Positions 20,001-28,517 of a DNA stretch of 64,000 nucleotides are shown here, one piece after another. Each line of letters starts with the position of its first letter. Position 1 is the stretch's first letter. A program made the position numbers and the translations under genes. The stretch covers positions 576,001-640,000 of the forward strand of contig CAXXWC010000021.1 of assembly GCA_963668645.2 (NCBI GenBank), in the 5' to 3' direction. The notes under the pieces are model-generated. The model saw only the letters and a list, made by a program, of their open reading frames with translations, did no database searches and was not told where the DNA came from. The stretch is from Desulfobacterales bacterium. Lineage in GTDB: Bacteria > Desulfobacterota > Desulfobacteria > Desulfobacterales > UBA2174.

Positions 20001-20437
20001 GGCGCTTCGGGCACCGCGAGCACCACCTTGCGCCAACCTGCCGGCATCGAAGCTTCGGGCCCCGCCATTGCCAGTTCGTTCAAGATTCTGGCCATGGCGG
20101 TGCCGCTGCAGCCGGTGAGCCACAAGGTTGCATCGTCGGCCCGCCGCATCACGGCAGCTGGTCCGCCGGACGATTTCGGTGAGCCGATGCAGAGCCGGCA
20201 ACCTTGATCCGCCTGCTCCTGTGAGCCGACCACCAGTGGAAGCCGCAGGGCCGTGACCTGGGCTGCCAGGCGAGCACAGAGATTGATCATACCGGCCCAA
20301 ACGGCCGGGTCAGTCAATCGACGACTCGCCTGGATCCGCAGACCGATCCAGTCCGGATAGCCGTCACCGTCCGTGTCTGCAAAAAGATCATGGCCGGGGA
20401 AAAGTCCGTGCAGGCCTATGACAGATTGATCGTTCAC
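17045..20437 (-). CDS. Large (1130 aa) M14-family zinc metallopeptidase
   Basis: C-terminal third has HANE (HxxE), NPDG, RYN, LDAHG and ITEVADE M14 motifs; the N-terminal ~770 aa is not recognised; no signal peptide. Confidence 0.8.
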   Translation of the reverse strand: MNDQSVIGLHGLFPGHDLFADTDGDGYPDWIGLRIQASRRLTDPAVWAGMINLCARLAAQVTALRLPLVVGSQEQADQGCRLCIGSPKSSGGPAAVMRRADDATLWLTGCSGTAMARILNELAMAGPEASMPAGWRKVVLAVPEAPCQVLGRGGKLLAEGGARAVSGLGQAGDGAGSGGPLDLIDAEGLLCETVPEAPRASALKLKIQIDATALDGTVGRSLAHLAARACLQSTDIHLPVAGVAPPTGKGLRLRVAGGDPEPGIPCLHAEGDEIVARGGGRRLAATLESWQRLVLPVLGQESGETAQLAAKFERVRGLLNASGPEGVIAWRLVAAANGRCPVPNLDGAERRQMRRAVQDLGLALPPSPPRRILRRISSWPGEDERLTALIGSVPAGEGPCHGTVLVSRPLEIRNALRDRWEKMLRQKGYRPCLTLINAYKPGFSWLMDVALPSLVAQGGADRLELAFCPFVPEPGGLEMESRWIQEAFPGPDLVAERLGMDPAAVALVQQKDLPHAYRLRAWQQDRLVAEAVFTPRISPVPYLPLVLEGQWAYPAAAGVRLEDSRGVLLDVNLPTDREVFWRRFQEEWLPVLSREMDLRRDALAADGAPAFWQELCLELTLPESDVRLGVGKERICPLEAVHEDIYFGLLEFHAAYRRKHGLGDDLNFGPILPKMHCRQGALPKAHLVARAMPIHGGGTIPPPAQPATVRGLERRGRNLDLFWHAPGITSEQSASLAVVARAGGLRLVPISRGFRLTVPLAGSKPVFGDDGAVPEPPDHRRLDLVETEAWIRRLGTLPHLHAWTGGTSLGGRPIHVLEASLDAQGLKSRGKLRFFKPTLLFNARHHANEVSSTNAALRLAWRLSRTEAGRDLLKRVNVAFIPLENPDGVATLEALSPGCADHKLHAARYNALGVEWYGDYHRERPRFPEARVKPLVWQRWMPRFMLDAHGVPSHEWDQPFAGLVNPSFREHWIPRTFVFAILPFLDQPAHPGHAIVMALVDRLAEAMAADPQIVNLNNGLTDRYDRYARAFAPQVFPASVSDALVVVPAAPRISDINFARVHWPLTEVEMITEVADEVVEGSWLACCVRAHMAAAMALLNQLAQQPLAVLKGIYDRKGGMTLSWRHRGQA

Positions 20438-20578
20438 TCGTTCAGCCCCCGATTCCGGTAAAGAAAGACGAGAACTTTTTAAAGGGAGTCATCGTTTCAC
20501 GAAAGCCCACGGTTAAGCGGCGCTTCAGTCCGCCACGCGGAGATGCCACCGCTTAGGCCGCCATCATCCGGCATCGCT

Positions 20579-21469
20579 TTAACCGGTGGCGTGCTGCTCG
20601 GGTGTCCATTCGGTCATCAGGCCGTTCTCGTTGATGACGTAATCGATCACCGCAAGATCCAGGATATCGTGGGAGTGGACCGTCATCTGGTAGCGAACAC
20701 CGCCGTCATTGCGTGACTCTTCGGCGTGGTAGATGCGCTGGCGGCCGCTCGGGTAGTGCGAATAGTGCAGCGTGTTGGCAAACAGGTAGACCGCGATGTT
20801 CTGCGCGTGGGCCAGATGCACCGCGTTGGCGGTTCCCGGCGGTGCGATCAGCTTGCGATCCGATGTGACGGTCACGGCTCCGATGAACTGCTTGTTGGCC
20901 TCCCCAAGGTGATGGGAGAGGTTGTACTCCGGGATGACGACATTGTCGATCTTCGCAGCGGTCAAAGCGTTGATCAACTGGCGGGTGCGCACGAGGTTCT
21001 GCTGCAGAACGATCACCTTGAAATCACGTCCCAGCTCGGTTCGGGCCTGCACCAGGATATCGGTGACCACCGCACTGGGCGAGTGCACGATGATACCGTC
21101 TCCGTCGGCCACGTGTTTGAGCCCCTCAGCGGTCACCTTGCGGCAGTTGTCCTCAAACAGCGCAATCTTTTCCGTGAGGATGCGCACCGCCTGGCGCCGG
21201 ATCTCGTCGAGTTCGACGCCGGTGTGGGCGGCCATCTCTTGTTCGAATTGCTCCATAAGATGGATCAGCGGCACGATGGCCGGTTCGGTGCGTTTGATGG
21301 CGCCGGCCAGCTCGCGGTAAAGGTCCAGGACCTGTTCGCGGGTACAACGCAGCGTCTTGACAGCCTCGATAAAGGCGTTGAGCGCCACCACGGTGGTGCG
21401 GGCCACCCCGAGGTTGTTACCGTGCTCGCGAAACAATCGATAGAGATTTTCCCGATCTTGATCTTTCAT
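20579..21469 (-). CDS. eIF-2B alpha/beta/delta-like (IF-2B/R15Pi-family) protein
   Basis: ATG at 21469 overlaps the transporter stop. Helical N-domain with TEPAIVPL, then DGDGIIVHSPSAVV, FIGAVTVTSD..LIAPPGT, HDILDLAVIDYVINENG. Confidence 0.75.
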   Translation of the reverse strand: MKDQDRENLYRLFREHGNNLGVARTTVVALNAFIEAVKTLRCTREQVLDLYRELAGAIKRTEPAIVPLIHLMEQFEQEMAAHTGVELDEIRRQAVRILTEKIALFEDNCRKVTAEGLKHVADGDGIIVHSPSAVVTDILVQARTELGRDFKVIVLQQNLVRTRQLINALTAAKIDNVVIPEYNLSHHLGEANKQFIGAVTVTSDRKLIAPPGTANAVHLAHAQNIAVYLFANTLHYSHYPSGRQRIYHAEESRNDGGVRYQMTVHSHDILDLAVIDYVINENGLMTEWTPEQHATG

Positions 21470-22770
21470 AGCGACAACCATAGGTAGGCGCACAGATACG
21501 CCGAGCAGAGAACGAGGGTGGTCAGGGTGATCATGGCGCTGGTGCGGGCGAACTCGAGAAACGAGATGTGCACTCGGCTCTGCTTGGCCATGCCCACCGA
21601 TACGATGTTGGCCGAGGCCCCGATCATGGTCAGGTTGCCTCCGAAACAGGCCCCCAGGGCCAGGGCCCACCAGAGGATGTGGTTGGGAATCGGCATGGCT
21701 TCGAGCATGGTGCGCACAATGGGCACCATGGTGATGGTAAAGGGGATGTTGTCGAGAAATCCCGAAACGATACCCGAAACCCACAGCACGGTCAGCACCA
21801 TGACGTAGGGGTTGGTTCCCACCTTGAGAAAGACGTGGTGGGCGACCCATTCGATAACCCCCTGCTCCTCAAGCACGCCCACCAGAATGAACAGGCCCGC
21901 GAAAAAGAGCAAGGTGCTCCACTCGATCTCCTCAAGGATCTGCTCGACATCTTCGCCGCTGATGGTGAACAAAATCATCGCCACCAACAGGGCCACCACC
22001 CCGGGCGACAGCCCGGTTAGCGTTTGGGTGACGAACAGGGTGATGGCCAGGGCCAGGCAGCCGAGCGCCCTGTAGAGCAGCTTCTTGTCGATGGGCGTGG
22101 CCAGAAACTCGAAGCGAATCTTTTCCAGCAGCAGTTGGACTGAAAAGAGCTTGGCAAGATTGGTGTCTATGGGGCGGAACTTATCCCGATTGGTTGCCCA
22201 CAACATGAACAGCCCGGCGATAAAGGAGAGGGCCACCGGCAGGGTAAGATTAATGGCGAACTGGTTGAAGGTCAGCCCGACCTTGGAGCCGATGATAATG
22301 TTGGGTGGATCACCGATCAAGGTTGCCGTACCGCCGATGTTGGAAATGACCGCCTGGCTGATCACGTAGATCTTGGGATCGAGGCCCATGCCGCGGGTCA
22401 GCTCGATGATGATCGGCACGATGATCAGCACCGTGGTCACGTTGTCCAGAAAGGCCGAGGTCACGGCGGTGACAATGGAAAACAGGACCAGGATCTTGAA
22501 GGGGCTGCCCTTGGTCAGCTCGGCGATACGCACCGAGAGAATGGTGAAAAAGCCGGATTTTCTCAGGATGGTGACGATGGACATCATGCCAAGGAGCAGC
22601 ATGATGGTTTCAAAGTCGATGAAGCTGGCGGCGGTATGATCATCCACCACGCGCAGCACCAGCAGCACCATCACCCCCAGCAGGGCAGCCACGGCCTTGT
22701 TGACCAGTTCGAAGGTCAACACCGCGTAAACCAGGATGAAAACAACGATGGGGATCCAGATGTCGTACAT
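21466..22770 (-). CDS. ArsB/NhaD-family (IT superfamily) secondary transporter
   Basis: IDFETIMLLLGMM, SAFLDNVTTV, SNIGGTATLIGDPPN, SGFLDNIPF, GACFGGNLTMIGASAN. Confidence 0.92.
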   Translation of the reverse strand: MYDIWIPIVVFILVYAVLTFELVNKAVAALLGVMVLLVLRVVDDHTAASFIDFETIMLLLGMMSIVTILRKSGFFTILSVRIAELTKGSPFKILVLFSIVTAVTSAFLDNVTTVLIIVPIIIELTRGMGLDPKIYVISQAVISNIGGTATLIGDPPNIIIGSKVGLTFNQFAINLTLPVALSFIAGLFMLWATNRDKFRPIDTNLAKLFSVQLLLEKIRFEFLATPIDKKLLYRALGCLALAITLFVTQTLTGLSPGVVALLVAMILFTISGEDVEQILEEIEWSTLLFFAGLFILVGVLEEQGVIEWVAHHVFLKVGTNPYVMVLTVLWVSGIVSGFLDNIPFTITMVPIVRTMLEAMPIPNHILWWALALGACFGGNLTMIGASANIVSVGMAKQSRVHISFLEFARTSAMITLTTLVLCSAYLCAYLWLSL

Positions 22771-22842
22771 GAAATTCCTCTACAAGCAGTTGACGAAAAA
22801 CGCACCGGGAGGACTGGAGCCCGGGGTACAAGGATTACCTAA

Positions 22843-22858
22843 AGTGAGAATCGTCACA
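22843..22858. promoter_or_regulatory. CRP/FNR-type palindrome upstream of the transporter operon
   Basis: AGTGA-N6-TCACA, immediately inside a minus-strand TTGACT (22866-22861). Confidence 0.35.
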
Positions 22859-23181
22859 CAAGTCAAGAGGAAAAAACTGCCGGCATCGGGTACTTTCCGT
22901 CCCTTGTAAGGGGAAAATGAAACGAGATCAAAGCTAAGGTAAACTTCCCAACATATTGATATTAATTAAATAATTCATAATAATGAAAATTGCAGTCGAC
23001 TGAAATGAATTTTATCCTTGCTTGATGGGTACTTATTGGTTTCGAGAAACGGTCGATATTTACTTTAATAGCAAATATTAATAAGATGGCGGATACTTTC
23101 AAGAAAAGGAGATCGGCGCTCGTAAAGACGGATATTACACCCAAATTTCAGAAGATTTTCAATTGCCAAACTGGAGGAACG

Positions 23182-24177
23182 ATGAAAAAGCGAATAGGTT
23201 GGTTAGCCATGGCGGTGGCACTGTCGGGTTTTGCTCTCTATTCTGAAAGCTATGGTTGGAAAATCGACGAAACGCTCAAGTACCAAATTGTCTATCTTCC
23301 TTCAGATACAAGACCGATGTCCACTGTTCCGGGAGATTCTATCCAGGTTATGAAACCGCTATTAAAAAACATACCGGCCTTTAAGCCTGATATCGGCAAT
23401 ATTGTTTACAAAAATATTTGCGGGTTAGGATTTTCTCTGCCAGTTAGGGAAAATGCTTCTTCGCTCAAACTCTACCTAAAGATTTATGCATGGCCGGCAA
23501 CACTGGACCCAGTCAGGTCGTCTTACAAAATATTCAATGACTTTTTACTGTACGCATTACCCGGGGGAGAACGTCTGTATGCCTCGGCCAAAAACCGCGC
23601 CAATACCTTTGTCAAATACGCTTCAATTGACAGCGCGGATAGAGAATTCAGCCTCAAAAAATCTTTCGAGGCGCCCGAAGTGCCAAGTCAGTGGGAGTTT
23701 GATTGCCACACGCCGTTTTCGTCGATCTACGTTAAACCGAACAATGAATCCCACAAAAAGAGTGAGATCGCGCAAGCAAAGGCAAGCGCAGGAGGGGTCA
23801 TCGAATTTCACGCAGCTATCAGCGACCTCTACGAAAAATCACTGCGCCTTTTGCAGGTGGCAAACGGGAAAAAATATTTTGCAGATTTCCGGCTTTGTCC
23901 TGAAAAACCGGAAAAGATCTGCGTCGTTAGAATCTATGAAATACCGATAGAACCGTTGGTGTTTAGTAACTACCGCGATCTTCCGATGCCGCAGGATGCA
24001 GACAAGATATTTTTATCTGGTCTCCTGCTGGTCAAGCTCACGGACTATGCTGCTGTTTTGCCCTTTCCGTTGAAAGAGATGACGAATGTATATCCGGGGA
24101 CAAAAACCTTCGAATCCGGGTTTCATGCGCTATGGTCTCATATGCTGGAGGTGGGCTCTGTACTGGACATGCGTTAA
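23182..24177 (+). CDS. Hypothetical exported protein (AT-rich, orphan-like)
   Basis: GGAGG SD; MKKRIGWLAMAVALSGFALYSESYG signal-like N-terminus; visibly lower GC than its neighbours; no motif recognised. Confidence 0.7.
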   Translation: MKKRIGWLAMAVALSGFALYSESYGWKIDETLKYQIVYLPSDTRPMSTVPGDSIQVMKPLLKNIPAFKPDIGNIVYKNICGLGFSLPVRENASSLKLYLKIYAWPATLDPVRSSYKIFNDFLLYALPGGERLYASAKNRANTFVKYASIDSADREFSLKKSFEAPEVPSQWEFDCHTPFSSIYVKPNNESHKKSEIAQAKASAGGVIEFHAAISDLYEKSLRLLQVANGKKYFADFRLCPEKPEKICVVRIYEIPIEPLVFSNYRDLPMPQDADKIFLSGLLLVKLTDYAAVLPFPLKEMTNVYPGTKTFESGFHALWSHMLEVGSVLDMR

Positions 24178-24257
24178 AACCTTAACCGGCAGCGCATTGG
24201 AATGTGACGCGAGAGTGCGTAACCTGCCGCGTCGAACGACTCTGAATTGACGGGCGC

Positions 24258-24785
24258 CTATAATGCTCCGGCCGACGTCAGAATGAGGGTTCTTCCCGTC
24301 TGCATCACCCTGCCGGAGTCGCGCAGTTTCTTCATGACACGGGTGATGCTGACGCGGTGGGCGCCGATGAGAAAACCGAGATCCTCGTGGGTCAGGGGAA
24401 ACTGAATCACATAGCCTTCCCGGCGACGCTCACCGTGGTTGCGCGCGACGTTGAGCAGCACGCGATAAAGACGTTCTTCCAGGTGGCTCTGGGACATGGC
24501 CCCCAGCCTGTCTGTCAGATGGGCGATAATGTCGAGAGTCAGCTCTGGGCCGTCCTCCAGAAGCTTTCCCAGACGTACCCGGCCGGCCTTGATCAGCGAG
24601 ATCTCCTCGGCGGCATCGCCCTGCCGGAAGATCGGCTGCCCGGTCCGATACCGCCGCCGCCGGGCCCGCTGGACGACCTGCTTCATTTCTTCCTGGCCCA
24701 AGTCGTCGAACAACCAGAGCTGTCCGATGCACATGTCGGACCACGTGCTGTGTTCGGGTCTCATCTTTTTACACAGGCAGCTCAT
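24258..24785 (-). pseudogene. Crp/Fnr-family regulator with in-frame internal deletion
   Basis: Cys-rich N-terminus (MSCLCKK...CIGQLWLF); the cNMP-fold start IFRQGD...LIKAGRVRLGK...LTLDI jumps directly to the end of the C-helix (IAHLTDRLG); intact HTH PLTHEDLGFLIGAHRVSITR. Only 175 aa. Confidence 0.75.
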
Positions 24786-24941
24786 AATACCGATCCCTGA
24801 CATGACCTGAAAAGATGGGTCAAAGGACTTCGCCAATGAAACGACAACCGTCGCCCCGGAGGCGATCCGGCCACCGGCTGCGGCAGCGGTAGCGGCTCTG
24901 GGACCCTGCCGCGGCCGGCGGAAAAATAGCCGGTGCTGCCG

Positions 24942-25187
24942 CTAACCCAGGCGCCTGCCGGCATTGGGCCCAGGAGACTGGTCATAGATTTGCTCAACTG
25001 TTATCCGTACCACGTAGCGCGGCCGGGGCATGGCGCGCGGCGCTTTTTCCAGCTCCTCCTTCACCCCGGAGTAAAGCGGGCCGTCGTCCACGAGTTTGGC
25101 TTTTCCTTTGAACTGATAGCCGATCTTTTTCTCGGGGTCTACTACCGTTACTGCCACCTTCGGGTTGACTTCGAGGTTCGCCCTGGG
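24942..25187 (-). pseudogene. Pyridoxamine-5'-phosphate-oxidase-like FMN-binding protein, 5' half missing
   Basis: RANLEVNPKVAVTVVD...GYQFKGKAKLVDDG...VEQIYDQSPGPNAG is the C-terminal half of the family; a strong GAGGAGGT SD directly upstream has no start codon. Confidence 0.7.
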
Positions 25188-25238
25188 CCTTACCTCCTCT
25201 CGATCGGCCGCTGGGTCGGAGGCTCGATGTTTTTCGTC

Positions 25239-25280
25239 ATGGTAGCCTGGAAATTGGCGGGCTGCAGTAGCAACCGCTAC
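25239..25280 (-). promoter_or_regulatory. Class II Crp/Fnr-type promoter: GTA-N8-TAC-N22-TACCAT
   Basis: Palindrome GTAGC-N4-GCTAC at 25267-25280; minus-strand TACCAT at 25244-25239, exactly 22 nt downstream. Confidence 0.65.
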
Positions 25281-25463
25281 ATTCCGCAACTGCACCGGAA
25301 GCGGACCGGCCGGTGAGGCAGGGCTTTTTTAGGATGGATTTCGGGCCTGAATTGCCGCTGGTCGTGAATAGAAGACGGGGGCGGTCTCTTTTATCGCGAC
25401 AAAGCGGATCACCGATAGTATCGGTTGGATCGAAGGACGCGCAGTGGTTCTCCGCAATCAGCG

Positions 25464-26117
25464 TTACTCGAACTGTTTTTTGAAGTTCGCAAATTCCGCT
25501 CTCAGATTTTCCAGATCCTCCCTGAGCAAGTCCACAGCCTGCTCCAGCTCGTCGATGCGGGCGGCGGCCGCGGTCACGGGTTCATCAAGATCGTCCTCCG
25601 GCGGCGGCTGGGGGCCGTTTGCCCCGGCCGGCGGTGCGCCGCCGAGAAGGTGCGCGTAACGCGGCTCCTTGCACCCCGGCTCGCGTGCCAGACGAGTAAC
25701 GCAGCCACTTTCGGACATTTCGTCGAGAGTCTCAAGAACCTCTTCAAGGTTTGCAAAGCTGTAGAGTCGGGCCGTGCGGCTGCGGATCTCACCTACGGTC
25801 TGGGGGCCGCGCAGCAGCAGCACGCACAGGATCGCCGATTCGCGGGCAATCCATTTGCGGTCGGCCGTAAATCGTTCTTCGTACTTGGGCACCCGGCCGA
25901 CGAGGCTTTCCCAGACCAACCCCTTTTCCTCAAGCCGTTCGACCGCCTGCCGCACGGTCTGTTCCTCGTACGAGACCACCGGATGGCGGCTCGATTTTTG
26001 GTTGCAGGCCGCCGTCAGCGCGTTGAGGCTCAACGGATAATAGTCCGGGGTCGAGAGCGCTTTTTCCATCAGGCTGCCGAGCACTCGGATTTCGATTTCA
26101 TCCAACATGATCTCCAA
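25464..26117 (-). CDS. yceH: YceH/DUF480 (UPF0502) family protein
   Basis: EIRVLGSLMEKALSTPDYYPLSLNALTAACNQKSSRHPV, LLLRGPQTVGEIRSRTARL, RYAHLLGG. Confidence 0.92.
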   Translation of the reverse strand: MEIMLDEIEIRVLGSLMEKALSTPDYYPLSLNALTAACNQKSSRHPVVSYEEQTVRQAVERLEEKGLVWESLVGRVPKYEERFTADRKWIARESAILCVLLLRGPQTVGEIRSRTARLYSFANLEEVLETLDEMSESGCVTRLAREPGCKEPRYAHLLGGAPPAGANGPQPPPEDDLDEPVTAAAARIDELEQAVDLLREDLENLRAEFANFKKQFE

Positions 26118-26154
26118 AGGTTATCTCCCATCTCGAATCGAACGATGCACGCCG

Positions 26155-28239
26155 TTATACCCCGTTTTTCCCGATGCGGCCAGCCGTTCCGGCAACGGCC
26201 GTGGTATGGCACTCGATGCGGTACTTTTTCAGTTTTCGGTACAAGGTGCCCCGGGAAATATTCAATTCCCTGGCACAACTAGCGATATTGCCGTTGTGGC
26301 GCCCCAGTGCCTCCACGATGAGCCGGCGCTCATGGCTGCTCAAGTCGCTGCCGGGCATCTGCCCACACAGGGAATCACGGCCGTTTTGGGTCAAAACGCA
26401 GGCCGGCAGGGCCCGGACCGTAATACGATTTGCCGTGGCCATGATCAGGGCTTTTTCGATCACATTCTTCAACTCCCGTACGTTTCCCGGCCAACCATAG
26501 CCGCACAGGGCCTGTAAGGCGTCCTCTTCAATCGTTACCGGCGGCAGGTTGTACTGCAAGCATAGCTCCGCTGCCCAATGGGCGGCCAACAGCGGGATGT
26601 CTTCCCGGCGATCGCGTAGCGCCGGCAGCATGACATCCGCCACGGCGATACGGTAATAGAGGTCCTCTCTAAAAATGCCGCGACGCACCAGTTCGTGCAT
26701 GTCCCGGTTGGTAGCGGCGATGATCCGTACATCGACCTGGCGCGATTCGTTGGAACCGAATCGGGTGATCGTCTTTTCCTGGATCGCCCGCAGCAGTGCG
26801 ACCTGCATCGGCGGGGGCATTTCTCCGATCTCATCCAAGAACAGGGTCCCGCCTTGGGCGTATTCGAACTTGCCCATCCCACCGCCCTTGCGCGCCCCGG
26901 TAAAGGCCCCTTCCTCGTAGCCGAACAGTTCGCTGTACAAAAGCTCCTTGGGGATGGCACCGCAGTTGATCCCGACATACCGGCCCCGGCGGCGGCTCAT
27001 GGCATGAATCACCCGCGCCACGACTTCCTTGCCGCTGCCGCTCTCACCCTGGAGCAGAACGTTGGTGGGAAAGGGTGCGATCTTGGAAACAACACTTTTC
27101 AACGCTTGCCAGGCGGGACTGTCGCCGATGCCGTTGCAGGCGGCGAAGATGCCGCCGGCATCATCTTCCGTGACGGCTGCAGAACGATAAATCTTTCGTA
27201 ATTCCGAATTGTTGTTCTGAGTATCGAAGATCAGCACGAGATCTTCTTCGACGCGATCGGCGCGAATCAACTCGGCCTGGCAAAAGCCACGGGCCTGGTC
27301 GCCGTGCCGGTCTTTGAAAATCAATCGAGCCCCATCCAAGGTCCGGGCCCCGGCATCGACAAGTTGCTCCAGATCCTTCGGGTCCGCCAAAAGCGTATCG
27401 ATCCGGGTGCCGGCCAGGCGATCGGAACCATGCCCGACGGCCTTTTCAAAGCCACGGCTGGCAGCCTTGACAACTCCGTCCCGGTCCAGAACGGCTACAT
27501 CTTGGGGACAGGCCTCGATCATGGCCTGGAAAAAGCGACCCGCGCTGTCGTGGGAAAGGCGCGGCCTGCCTTCCAGTCGATCGGCGGCCAGGCGGGCCGC
27601 GGCGCTGATCAGCGCCAGGGTTCCGGCCGGCAGCGGTTCGAAGGGATTGACGGCATGCAGATAGCCGGCCGGTTGGTCGTTGGGCTTTAAAATAGGGCTG
27701 CTCACACCGCTGTAGCTGTGGGCGGAGATAGCGTAATGCTCGTAGGTGTCCACGCGCACCGGAATGTTTTCAACCATCGCCAGCGCGATGCAGCTTGTGC
27801 CTTCCTGGGTCTCGGAGTAGTAGGCCGCCAGGGACCGGGGGTAGTACTTCAGCGGGCTGAGCAGGTCCAGGACATAACCGGACCGGTCGCTGATCGATAT
27901 GTTCACGTTGAGCAGCGCCATGGCCAGGCGCATGATCGGGCCGGTGGCAAAGAGCAGATCCCGGCTCTCGGCGCGCTTGCCTTCGAGTTCGCCAAAGCGG
28001 GGCTTGGATGCCGCCGTCCAGGGATCCAGACCGGCCGCACGGCATCGCTGCCACGAACGGGCGATGATGGGACGCACCCGGTCCTCGAGCAGAATCCCAT
28101 CAACGACAAACGCTTTCCAAGCTTCGAAACTCGGCGCGGCTAATCCTTCTGACAACGCCCCCGGCCCTCCATCTGCGATCGGCATAGGCTGGGCCTTGAT
28201 TCTCGGCGGCCCCTCGGCGACGTAAACGGGGCGATCCAA
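26155..28239 (-). CDS. Sigma54-dependent Fis-family activator (AcoR-like GAF-PAS-AAA+-HTH)
   Basis: IARSWQRCRAAGLDP GAF start, GESGSGKE, ELFGYEEGAFTGA, LFLDEIGEM, FREDLYYR, WPGNVREL, C-terminal HTH. Start codon uncertain. Confidence 0.93.
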   Translation of the reverse strand: MDRPVYVAEGPPRIKAQPMPIADGGPGALSEGLAAPSFEAWKAFVVDGILLEDRVRPIIARSWQRCRAAGLDPWTAASKPRFGELEGKRAESRDLLFATGPIMRLAMALLNVNISISDRSGYVLDLLSPLKYYPRSLAAYYSETQEGTSCIALAMVENIPVRVDTYEHYAISAHSYSGVSSPILKPNDQPAGYLHAVNPFEPLPAGTLALISAAARLAADRLEGRPRLSHDSAGRFFQAMIEACPQDVAVLDRDGVVKAASRGFEKAVGHGSDRLAGTRIDTLLADPKDLEQLVDAGARTLDGARLIFKDRHGDQARGFCQAELIRADRVEEDLVLIFDTQNNNSELRKIYRSAAVTEDDAGGIFAACNGIGDSPAWQALKSVVSKIAPFPTNVLLQGESGSGKEVVARVIHAMSRRRGRYVGINCGAIPKELLYSELFGYEEGAFTGARKGGGMGKFEYAQGGTLFLDEIGEMPPPMQVALLRAIQEKTITRFGSNESRQVDVRIIAATNRDMHELVRRGIFREDLYYRIAVADVMLPALRDRREDIPLLAAHWAAELCLQYNLPPVTIEEDALQALCGYGWPGNVRELKNVIEKALIMATANRITVRALPACVLTQNGRDSLCGQMPGSDLSSHERRLIVEALGRHNGNIASCARELNISRGTLYRKLKKYRIECHTTAVAGTAGRIGKNGV

Positions 28240-28412
28240 CCAGCCGTCGTTGTGCCCGTGTTAACCATACCTTCCGGTCGACTGTCAACTTGGCCTTGAA
28301 CAGGCTGCTTCGGACACTTTGTTCCACATCACAACAGCTTGCAGTGCGGCAGAACGGCTTGATTTTGTACAACACACCAGAATTTTTCGAATTTTCGTTT
28401 CCAGGCGGTCGA

Positions 28413-28428
28413 TGGCATCCAGATTGCT
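28413..28428 (+). promoter_or_regulatory. Sigma54 -24/-12 promoter of the acyl-CoA dehydrogenase-caiB-fix operon
   Basis: TGGCATCCAGATTGCT: GG-N10-GC, about 90 bp upstream of ATG 28518, divergent from a sigma54 activator. Confidence 0.8.
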
Positions 28429-28517
28429 CTACCAGCGCCACAGACCCGGGACGAACCGCCGAACATAGCGACGGCCAAAATTGACCGAATCACGTTTCCA
28501 TCCAAGGGAGATATCCA

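Noticed and set aside
24178..24257. attC site after the orphan gene (CCTTAAC followed by a weak stem)
   Set aside because: No matching L boxes or correctly spaced GTT core, and no complementary core upstream of the gene.
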